From contig JBGAIN010000085.1 in the NCBI GenBank assembly GCA_044225505.1, positions 1 through 34,591 on the forward strand: a stretch of 34,591 bases of DNA, in the 5' to 3' direction. The stretch comes from Limisphaerales bacterium. GTDB lineage: Bacteria > Verrucomicrobiota > Verrucomicrobiia > Limisphaerales > SIBE01. The position numbers were made by a program, and so were the translations under genes. Position 1 is the first letter of the stretch; the number at the start of each line of letters is the position of its first letter. A model generated the notes under the pieces. The model was not told the origin of the DNA, ran no database searches, and was given only the letters and a program-made list of their open reading frames with translations. Below, one piece after another: positions 10,109 to 17,831 of the stretch.

Positions 10109-11263
10109 ATGACTCTGCAGAAGATTTATTATTTTGACAATAATGCGACCACACGTATCGCTCCGGAAGTGGTCGAAGCCATGCTTCCGTTCTTCACGGA
10201 GCACTGGGGGAATCCGTCGAGCAGTTACGATTTTGGGCATGAACTCGCCGCGACGCTTGACGTCGCGCGCACCAAGGTCGCCGCTCTGATCAACGCTGAC
10301 CCACGGGACGTCGTTTTCACCAGTTGCGGCACGGAAAGCAACAACGCGGCACTTCACAGCGCGTTGGTCTTGCACCCTGAACGTCGGCACATTGTCACGA
10401 CGGCGGTCGAACACTCCGCAAACATCAAGTATGGCGAGTATCTCAAGCGGTTAGGCTACGAAGTCACCTACCTCCCGGTGGAGTCGGATGGATCCATCGA
10501 TTTGCATTTGGTAGAGCAATCCATCCGTCCGGACACTGCCATTGTGTCGGTTATGTGGGCCAATAATGAAACGGGGGTCGTCTTTCCGATTGAAGAAATT
10601 GCGGCCATCTGCCGCAGCAAAGAGACTCTGTTCCACACCGACGCTGTCCAAGTGCCAGGAAAATTGAAGATCGACGTTAAGTCGACGGGAGTTGATTTTC
10701 TCTCCCTCTCCGCGCACAAGCTTCACGCTCCCAAAGGGATCGGCCTGCTATACATCAAACGCCGGGCTAAGTTCCAGCCGTATGTAATTGGAGGGCAACA
10801 AGAACGCGGTCGCCGTGGCGGAACTGAAAATGTCCCCTATATCGTCGGGTTTGGCCGTGCGGCCGAGCTGGCGATGAATGGAATTGCCGAAGAGAACGGG
10901 CGTGTCCGTATTCTACGGGATCGGCTGGAAAGCGAGATCTTGCGGACCGTTCCGAAGGCCTATCGCAACGGCGGCAAAGAGCCAAGGCTGCCGAATACAA
11001 GCAACATTGCGTTTGATGGCGTGGAGGCTGAGGCGATCTTGATTCGTTTGAACCAGTTGCGAATCTGCGTGTCGAGCGGTTCGGCTTGCACGACGGGTTC
11101 CCTGGAGCCCTCCCACGTGCTCAAGGCTATGGGGCTGAGTGCAGCCCGGGCGCGCGGTTCGATCCGATTCAGTCTTGGAACGGACAACACCGCGGATGAA
11201 GTCGAGTATGTCCTTTCCCACTTGCCTTCGGTGATTTCCCAGATGCGGGCATTGGCGACCTGA
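10109..11263 (+). CDS. nifS: Group I cysteine desulfurase (NifS/IscS)
   Basis: YFDNNATT, GNPSS, FTSCGTESNN, HTDAVQ, SAHKLHAPKG (PLP Lys), SSGSACT; start set at ATG 10109. Confidence 0.93.
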   Translation: MTLQKIYYFDNNATTRIAPEVVEAMLPFFTEHWGNPSSSYDFGHELAATLDVARTKVAALINADPRDVVFTSCGTESNNAALHSALVLHPERRHIVTTAVEHSANIKYGEYLKRLGYEVTYLPVESDGSIDLHLVEQSIRPDTAIVSVMWANNETGVVFPIEEIAAICRSKETLFHTDAVQVPGKLKIDVKSTGVDFLSLSAHKLHAPKGIGLLYIKRRAKFQPYVIGGQQERGRRGGTENVPYIVGFGRAAELAMNGIAEENGRVRILRDRLESEILRTVPKAYRNGGKEPRLPNTSNIAFDGVEAEAILIRLNQLRICVSSGSACTTGSLEPSHVLKAMGLSAARARGSIRFSLGTDNTADEVEYVLSHLPSVISQMRALAT

Positions 11264-11532
11264 GCGATGCTGATTTTGGGAGCGGCTTGAGGTTACTTGG
11301 GGAATCTCCCATTAGACTCGGCCGAGGTGGGCATCTGCAGGATCAGCGGTAGATCCCCCGCGAATCCCACCCGTTGTGGATGTCTGAGCCTTGCCCCCGA
11401 AGTTTACCCCCGGGCGCGCTCCGTAAAAGCATGAATTTCTCGAGTTCTTGGGTCCGGAGTTGAACACCCCGGGACTTCCAGGCATGCTTTCATGAGCAAC
11501 GAAATGCCGTTCTTGGGTTTGAAAGACTGAAC

Positions 11533-12852
11533 ATGAAGATGCTCCTCAGTTTCGGCGTCGCCCTCGGTTTGGCCGTGTTAGCGACTTATCTGGCGGTCTC
11601 CAAGCAGAAAGCGGCACAGTTTTCCCGGGAGCGTGATTTACTCAAAGCGAGCTGGGAAGCCGAACGCGCAGAACTCGAGAACGCATTGAAAGCGGCCAAG
11701 CGCCGCCCTTCGTCCCCCGGGACTGCTTCGACCGAACCGGTGCAAGCTCGAGGTTCTGCGCAAGAACTGCTCGATAAGCTCCGAAAAACCAAGGTATCCC
11801 CAGGCGAACACCGCCTCCAATCAGTCCGGCTGGTTGTGCATTACCTCGAAAGTCTGGCCGAATTAGGCACTGAAGCGCTGCCTGGGATTCGTGATTTCCT
11901 CAGTAAGTTCGAAGACGTCGATTACTCAGGCGAGGCGCATGACGAGGACAAAGAAGGGCACGCGGACGGCAAGGATCGCGCCGTTGCGTTGCCGGGCATG
12001 CCCAACCGGGCGGCTCAAGTCGAGAGCATCTTGCCTCCGTCGCTTCGTTTGGGACTGGTTCAAGTTCTCAAAGAAATTGGCGGTGAACCGGCGGAGCAAG
12101 TCCTGTCCGAAATGCTGACCACGAGCGGCCGGGGAGTGGAAATTGCCTATGTTGCGAAGGCGCTCCAGGAGATTGCGCCGAACAAATACCGCGATATTGC
12201 GATTGCAGCGGCCAAAGATTTATTGGCCAACCCACCGGCGATCGATCGTCCCAATCGACTGGATGACAACGCGAAGAACTTCCTTTATGGCGTTCTGAGC
12301 ATGTATAACGACCAATCGTTCGCGACCGTTGCCCAGAGCTTGCTTGTCACGCAGGACGGCCGCGTGGATCGGACGGCATTAACCTACCTGACAGGCACTC
12401 TCAATGAAGAGGCCGTCCCTGCGCTTTACCAAGCGTTTAAAGACAACCGGCTCACCAACATGTGGGAGCGCGCCTCGCTCGCGACACAAATCTTGAGCTA
12501 CACCGGCAACAACCAACAGGCCAATGACATTTTCAAAGAAGTTGTGGGCAACGAAACACTCCCTTCCTGGCTCCGCGCGACCGCCATTCAATCCGTGGCC
12601 GGAGGCCGTGGACAGTTCTTTGGCGGCCTCGCCCCCAGCGACCCAAACCAGATCAAGGCCCGGATCGAGTTACTCAACAGCATGCCCGATATTTCCGACG
12701 AACGCCTGGCCCGCGCTCGCACCGAGGCCATTCAGAAGCTGAGTGACAGCTTGGCCGCCACCTCCGACGATGCCGCTTCCGGACGCAGTTTTCGGACTCG
12801 ATTAGGCCAAGGCCAGGCCGATTTGCCCCCCCCGTTGCCGGTCACCCGTTAA
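11533..12852 (+). CDS. Hypothetical N-terminally anchored protein with coiled coil and HEAT-like helical repeats
   Basis: 439-aa ORF, N-terminal hydrophobic helix, coiled segment, amphipathic helical repeats (LRLGLVQVLKEIGG, LRATAIQSVA). Confidence 0.7.
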   Translation: MKMLLSFGVALGLAVLATYLAVSKQKAAQFSRERDLLKASWEAERAELENALKAAKRRPSSPGTASTEPVQARGSAQELLDKLRKTKVSPGEHRLQSVRLVVHYLESLAELGTEALPGIRDFLSKFEDVDYSGEAHDEDKEGHADGKDRAVALPGMPNRAAQVESILPPSLRLGLVQVLKEIGGEPAEQVLSEMLTTSGRGVEIAYVAKALQEIAPNKYRDIAIAAAKDLLANPPAIDRPNRLDDNAKNFLYGVLSMYNDQSFATVAQSLLVTQDGRVDRTALTYLTGTLNEEAVPALYQAFKDNRLTNMWERASLATQILSYTGNNQQANDIFKEVVGNETLPSWLRATAIQSVAGGRGQFFGGLAPSDPNQIKARIELLNSMPDISDERLARARTEAIQKLSDSLAATSDDAASGRSFRTRLGQGQADLPPPLPVTR

Positions 12853-12872
12853 AAAAGGAAGATTGCGTAGGC

Positions 12873-12901
12873 TTGACGGGTCCTCGAAGCAAACCTAGGC
12901 T
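12873..12901 (+). promoter_or_regulatory. Candidate sigma-70 promoter of tig
   Basis: TTGACG-17 bp-TAGGCT. Confidence 0.55.
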
Positions 12902-12910
12902 CTAACAATC

Positions 12911-12935
12911 GCTCCGCCCCAAGGCGGGGCTTTTT
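12911..12935 (+). terminator. Intrinsic terminator-like hairpin
   Basis: GCTCCGCC-CCAA-GGCGGGGC followed by TTTTT. Confidence 0.55.
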
Positions 12936-12956
12936 CATCTTTGGCGAAAGGCTCTT

Positions 12957-14252
12957 GTGAACGTGACAGTAGAAAATCTCGCACCGTGCCGAAGGTTGGT
13001 ACGTGTCGAAGTAGATGCTCAGACCGTAGATTCGACCTTTGATAAAATTACGGGCGAATTTCAACGGGAAGCGCGCTTTCCTGGTTTCCGCCCGGGCAAA
13101 GCCCCGCGCGACCTGGTGAGCCGCACCTATTCGAAGCAAATCGAAGAAGAGGTCAAGCGCAAGCTGACTTCGGAAACCTATCGGAAGGCGCTGGAAGAGC
13201 AAAAGCTCAAGGCGGTGACCTCCCCGGACATTGAAGAAATTCAGTTCGGGCGGGGCCAAGCCCTGCAATTTGCGGCCACCATCGAGATCATCCCGGACTT
13301 CGCGGTGGAAGATTACAAAGGGATCCCCATTAAGCGGGAAACCCAAACCGTGACGGATGCCGACGTCGAAAAGGCGCTAGGTGTCCTCCGCGAGCAGCGC
13401 GCGGCTTACACCGACGTGGCGCGGCCCGTGCAGAGTGGCGACTATGTGGTCGTCAATTACACCGGCACGAGCGAAGGCAAGCCGCTCACCGAGTTCGCTC
13501 CTACCGCGCGGGGGTTGACCCAGCAAACCAACTTCTGGCTGCATGTCAGCACCGAGCACTTTATCCCTGGCTTCACCGACCAACTCATTGGCGCTCAAGC
13601 TGGAGAACATCGCACGGTCCAGGTCAATTTCCCGAGCGACTTTGTCGCCCCGCAACTCTCGGGCAAGCCTGGCGTCTATGAAGTCGACATCGTGCAAGTG
13701 AAAGAGAAGGCTCTGCCGGAGCTCAATGATGAGTTTGCCAAAGGCTACACTGCCGAGAATCTCGAAAAGCTCCGCGAAGGAGTGCGTCGTGATCTCCAGA
13801 ACGAACTCGAATTCAAACAGCGTCGCGCGCTGCGCAATCAGCTCGTGCGCGTTTTGTTAGACCGGGTGCAAATCGAACTTCCGGAATCTTTGGTGATGGG
13901 CGAAACGCGCAGCGTCATTTATGACATCGTGCGCGAGAATCAAGAGCGAGGCGTTCCTAAAGAAGCGATCGACCAGCAGAAAGACGAGATCTTCTCCGTG
14001 GCGAATAACAGCGCCAAAGAGAAGGTAAAAGCCTCTTTCATTCTGGCGCAGATCGCCGAAAAGGAAGGCATCAAGGTCGAAGAGAAAGAGATGATGCAAC
14101 GCATCCTCTACTTGGCTCAGCAGAACAACATTCGCCCGGAGCGATTTATCAAGCAGCTTCAAGAGCGGAATGCGCTCGGTCAGATTCACGAGCAGATCCT
14201 GGCTTCTAAAGTCCTCGATTTTCTGCAACTGAACGCCCATATCCAGGAGTAA
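12957..14252 (+). CDS. tig: Trigger factor
   Basis: PGFRPGKAP ribosome-binding signature, FKBP domain (FIPGFTDQLIG, VNFPSDF), 431 aa, GTG start. Confidence 0.96.
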   Translation: MNVTVENLAPCRRLVRVEVDAQTVDSTFDKITGEFQREARFPGFRPGKAPRDLVSRTYSKQIEEEVKRKLTSETYRKALEEQKLKAVTSPDIEEIQFGRGQALQFAATIEIIPDFAVEDYKGIPIKRETQTVTDADVEKALGVLREQRAAYTDVARPVQSGDYVVVNYTGTSEGKPLTEFAPTARGLTQQTNFWLHVSTEHFIPGFTDQLIGAQAGEHRTVQVNFPSDFVAPQLSGKPGVYEVDIVQVKEKALPELNDEFAKGYTAENLEKLREGVRRDLQNELEFKQRRALRNQLVRVLLDRVQIELPESLVMGETRSVIYDIVRENQERGVPKEAIDQQKDEIFSVANNSAKEKVKASFILAQIAEKEGIKVEEKEMMQRILYLAQQNNIRPERFIKQLQERNALGQIHEQILASKVLDFLQLNAHIQE

Positions 14253-14265
14253 TCTCGGGTCTGGC

Positions 14266-14520
14266 GCGCTCCAAGGCGCTGCCACGCCACGACTAAGCCA
14301 CTGCATTCCGCCAGGCCTGGGAGTGCTGTGGCTTTCAATCCCATTTTTCAGGGTAGCGCAACCAAGAGAGAGGGAAAGAGAAGAGTCCGAGCACGATCAA
14401 GAAGTCGGCCACAGCTTGCGCCGGTGTCCGAGAACCCAACGCGAGCGGGCTGGGACACTCTAAAACGCGGCCGCGCAGGCCCTGATGATCCTGCGCTTCG
14501 CCAAGTCTCGAGTGCTGCCG
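14266..14520. repeat. Two degenerate ~66-bp REP-like units (family B) between convergent tig and mutL
   Basis: 14266-14331 and 14455-14520 both begin RCRCTCYAARRCGC and end GAGTGCTG; differences are mostly transitions. Confidence 0.4.
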
Positions 14521-14552
14521 TTCTTCTCCGAGACGCCCTTCAGCGCCCTCAT

Positions 14553-16544
14553 CTACTGCGTCCGCCCGAACTTCTTTTCGAGTTCGCGAAAGTTCATCTC
14601 GATTAGAGTTGGGCGCCCATGCGGACAGGTGTAAGGCATGGCGCATTGACGCAGGTCGTTCACCAAGTTTTCCAGCTCCGCGTCGGTCAACGAATCGTTC
14701 GCCTTCACGGCGTGGCGGCAAACCGTCTTCGCGACCGTCTGCTCCGCCAGCCGCCACGTATTGACCCCTTCCCCTGCCGCTTTTAGACCGTCTAGCATCT
14801 CCAGCACAAAATGCCGGGCGTCCGCCGCTTTCACGAACGGCGGCAAGCTATCGAGGAGAAAGGTGCGCTCGCCAAACTCACTTAATCCCACGCCCAATCG
14901 GGTCAGACAAGCGAGTTGTTCCCGCAGGAACTGCGCGTCTCGCACCGATAACTCGATTGTTTCGGGCAGAAGCAACCGTTGGGACGCCGCTTCCCCTTGC
15001 TCCAGCCGATTGAGCATCTGTTCAAACAAGATCCGTTCGTGCGCCGCATGTTGGTCCAACAGCACCAACCCGCGGTCCGACTCCAACACGACATAGAGCT
15101 GCCCGATGACTCCTAGCAACCGGAGTGGAACCCGCAGCAGCGGCACCGGCTCCTCCGCACGGGACTGAGGCATGCCCGCTCCGGCAGTCGGGCTGACCGT
15201 AGCCGCTGGCGGTGGCACAAGCCCAGGACCGGCCCGATTCAATTCAGGCGCCGGAGCTTTCCACTGAGCTGCCAACCGCGGGATCCCCGGAACCAAATCG
15301 GCCAGCGGCTCGGGCGCCGGTGTGGGTGCGGGCGCCACGCGCGTGTCGATTTCCCCTGGGAACTCCATAACGCCGGGCTTGCGGTCGACCACACCGGAGA
15401 GCCGTAGATCCGGACGGGGCTGAGATCCTGTCCCTTCCAAACCTGGGGTCGCCGGAGTCGCGGCGGCGTTTGAGGAGCCGTGGAAATCCAACAAAACCTC
15501 CCGCACCGCTTGCGTCACCACGCGCCGAACGAAATGATCCTGATGAAACTTCACCTCCCGCTTGGCCGGATGAATGTTTACGTCGACCACCGCGGGCTCG
15601 ATCTCGAGAAAGAGACAACAAACTGGGTAGCGTCCCTTCATCAAGCTGGTGTGGTAACCCTCCAAGAGCGCAAAATTCAACGCCCGGTTCTCCACCGGAC
15701 GCCGATTGACAAACAGATGTTGCTCATCCCGAGTCGCGCGGGAAACGCCCGGAGCTCCGATAAACCCCCAAACTCGCAGAGTGCCGCGGTCCGAACCTTC
15801 CTCCGCCGCCGCGGGATTTGTCGGCGCGGACGCGGAGTAGTCCACCGCCAGCAATTTCAAGTCGGCGCCGTAAAGCCCCCGGAGACGCTCGCGCAACGCG
15901 GGCAATTCGCTGCCTGGGCCTGGCTCTCGGAGGCACTGCGGCAGTTGCCAGATCACTCGTTGATCGTCCAGGAAATTAAACGCCACCTCGGGAAATGCCA
16001 GGGCGGCCAAACTCAAGTAATGCTGAATATGCGCGCGCTCGGTCTCTTCGCTCCGCAAGAACTTGCGACGGGCGGGCATATTAAAGAAAAGGTTCCGCAC
16101 CTCCACGCTCGTCCCCGGGGCTGCTCCCGCTTCTTTCACCTCTACGATCCGCCCGCCCTGGAGAACAATTTGCGTGCCCGATTCCCCTGCCCCCTCCCGT
16201 TCTCGGGTCGTGAGCGTCATGCGACTCACGCTGGCGATGCTCGGGACCGCCTCACCACGAAAGCCCATCGTTCGAATCTGGCTTAAATCGTCTGCCGATT
16301 GGATCTTGCTCGTGGCATGGCGTTCCAGGCAAAGCAGCGCGTCATCCCGGCTCATGCCCACGCCATCGTCCGTGACCCGAATCAGACTGCGCCCGCCCGC
16401 TTGAATCTCCACGGTGATCCGGGTCGCCTGGGCATCCAACGCGTTTTCCACCAACTCTTTGACAACACTGGCCGGGCGCTCCACCACTTCGCCCGCCGCG
16501 ATCTGGTTGGCGACTTGTTCGGACAACAGCCGTATCCGGTTCAT
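14553..16544 (-). CDS. mutL: DNA mismatch repair protein MutL
   Basis: NQIAAGEVVERP, KELVENALDA, GFRGEA, DVNIHPAKREV, endonuclease DQHAAHERILFE, CPHGRP; start at ATG 16544. Confidence 0.97.
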   Translation of the reverse strand: MNRIRLLSEQVANQIAAGEVVERPASVVKELVENALDAQATRITVEIQAGGRSLIRVTDDGVGMSRDDALLCLERHATSKIQSADDLSQIRTMGFRGEAVPSIASVSRMTLTTREREGAGESGTQIVLQGGRIVEVKEAGAAPGTSVEVRNLFFNMPARRKFLRSEETERAHIQHYLSLAALAFPEVAFNFLDDQRVIWQLPQCLREPGPGSELPALRERLRGLYGADLKLLAVDYSASAPTNPAAAEEGSDRGTLRVWGFIGAPGVSRATRDEQHLFVNRRPVENRALNFALLEGYHTSLMKGRYPVCCLFLEIEPAVVDVNIHPAKREVKFHQDHFVRRVVTQAVREVLLDFHGSSNAAATPATPGLEGTGSQPRPDLRLSGVVDRKPGVMEFPGEIDTRVAPAPTPAPEPLADLVPGIPRLAAQWKAPAPELNRAGPGLVPPPAATVSPTAGAGMPQSRAEEPVPLLRVPLRLLGVIGQLYVVLESDRGLVLLDQHAAHERILFEQMLNRLEQGEAASQRLLLPETIELSVRDAQFLREQLACLTRLGVGLSEFGERTFLLDSLPPFVKAADARHFVLEMLDGLKAAGEGVNTWRLAEQTVAKTVCRHAVKANDSLTDAELENLVNDLRQCAMPYTCPHGRPTLIEMNFRELEKKFGRTQ

Positions 16545-16704
16545 GCTCCTACAGGAGCATACCACGCTGAAATCGGCAATCCTCAGCGTGTTTCCCTGGC
16601 TGAAATCCTTCGCCAAATCCAAAAGAGATAAGCGACTCTACGGATTCAATTCAGGAATCTGGAGACGTTACCGGATTTGCATTTCGACCCCTTGAGTATC
16701 GCGC

Positions 16705-16733
16705 TTGACGCTGTCGTCAATCCCACCTACTTT
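16705..16733 (+). promoter_or_regulatory. Sigma-70 promoter of tRNA-His
   Basis: TTGACG-17 bp-TACTTT, 11 bp upstream of the tRNA. Confidence 0.65.
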
Positions 16734-16744
16734 GCGCGCAGGGT

Positions 16745-16822
16745 GGTGGCCATAGCTCAGTTGGTTAGAGCCCCAGATTGTGGATCTGGTTGTCGGGGGT
16801 TCAAGTCCCCTTGGCCACCCCA
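16745..16822 (+). tRNA. tRNA-His (GTG) with G-1 and encoded CCA
   Basis: G-GTGGCCA/TGGCCAC-C acceptor, D arm GCTC/GAGC, anticodon arm CCAGA-TTGTGGA-TCTGG, T loop TTCAAGT, 3' CCA. Confidence 0.97.
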
Positions 16823-17561
16823 ATTCTCTTTTTCGTAGCCATTGCCACTGAAATCGCATGGGCCTCGGGTGCTCACATAGAATTCCACTCGCCCCTTGGA
16901 TATTGGGACAACTTCATTATGCCAATCAATGACGAGCCGGACAGGGGAAGCGCAGCTTTGCTATCGGGAGTCTCTCTGGCGTTTCTTAGTATAGCTCGTT
17001 TGGGATTCCGTAAACCGGCCCGGAGCTGAGCTTCGAGACGCTTGTTCCCCAAACCAAACTGGAAAGTGGAACGGTGCGTATGTTGGCGGCGACGTTTGTT
17101 CATCCAGGGCGTTCGGTCCAGAGATGAGGTCTCACGAAGTCCAGGCTGCGCTTTCGCGAGAGGTCTTCCTGCGCTGGCGCTACAACGGAGGCCAATCCGG
17201 AGCCAATTTGTCACCAGTATCTGACCGTTGAACTTCAATCCCTTGCGCCAGAAACGAAGTGATTTCTAGGCCCGCGTATGACGCCCGTGCTGACATTCAA
17301 GCCTCGTTTGAGAAGATCCTGTTGGGTCACCGCGGTATCGCCGATGTTCGCGATCGAATAATTGGATGCAACCCTTGGATCGGCCGCCTGGAACGTTTTG
17401 CCAGTGGCTTAATTGAATCCCCCTTGTCAGCAGCAGAGTGTCATTCTGCCGCGCGACCGACGTCGTTCGGCCCCGCTCTAGCGACCATTCGGAATCGCTT
17501 TTAGCGCCATTCTGGCTCACCTTCTGCGGTTCCTTCCACTGCGGTCGCAGCAGCAATAGTT

Positions 17562-17700
17562 GCTTGGTCCTACCTTTTTCAACCCGGCTTTGTCCGGGCT
17601 TCGTTCAGGCTTCGTTCAGGCTTCGTTCGGCCTTAGCCATCCTTACTACAGCCATGGCTGAAAGAAGGTAGAACAAAGCTTGGCCAAGGTAGAAGCAAGC
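17562..17700. repeat. Imperfect inverted repeat enclosing an 11-bp tandem array
   Basis: GGCTTCGTTCA-like unit x4 at 17586-17629; arms 17562-17584 and 17656-17679; partial extra arm 17686-17700. Confidence 0.65.
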
Positions 17701-17770
17701 CAGGTGCATTCCCGAAACAGCGATGAGTCATATTGACACATGCGAAGTCATCGCAATTAGTGTCTAACCA

Positions 17771-17807
17771 TGCCGACCGGTCGGGAGTTTTCCCGACCCG
17801 GTCGGCA
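17771..17807 (-). terminator. Strong GC hairpin downstream of the large secreted-protein gene
   Basis: TGCCGACCGGTCGGGA-GTTT-TCCCGACCCGGTCGGCA, 16-bp stem with one bulge, 24 bp past stop at 17832; no clear U-tract. Confidence 0.5.
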
Positions 17808-17831
17808 GCGGTCGAAACGACCCGGCAATTC

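Noticed and set aside
11264..11532. GC-rich spacer with GGGAGCGGC...GGGCGCGCTCC ends and a GGCATGC sigma-54-like stretch
   Set aside because: Pairing too weak to call a repeat, and no GC at the -12 position.
16800..16822. Possible att site: duplicated tRNA-His 3' end elsewhere in the window
   Set aside because: No second copy found by eye and no integrase, so no genomic island is called.
17259..17504. ORF with ADI...LLGHR resembling a tyrosine-recombinase C-terminus near the tRNA
   Set aside because: No HxLRH at the right spacing and no catalytic Tyr; likely chance.
17586..17629. Tandem repeats as a CRISPR array
   Set aside because: 11-bp units with no spacers and no cas genes.
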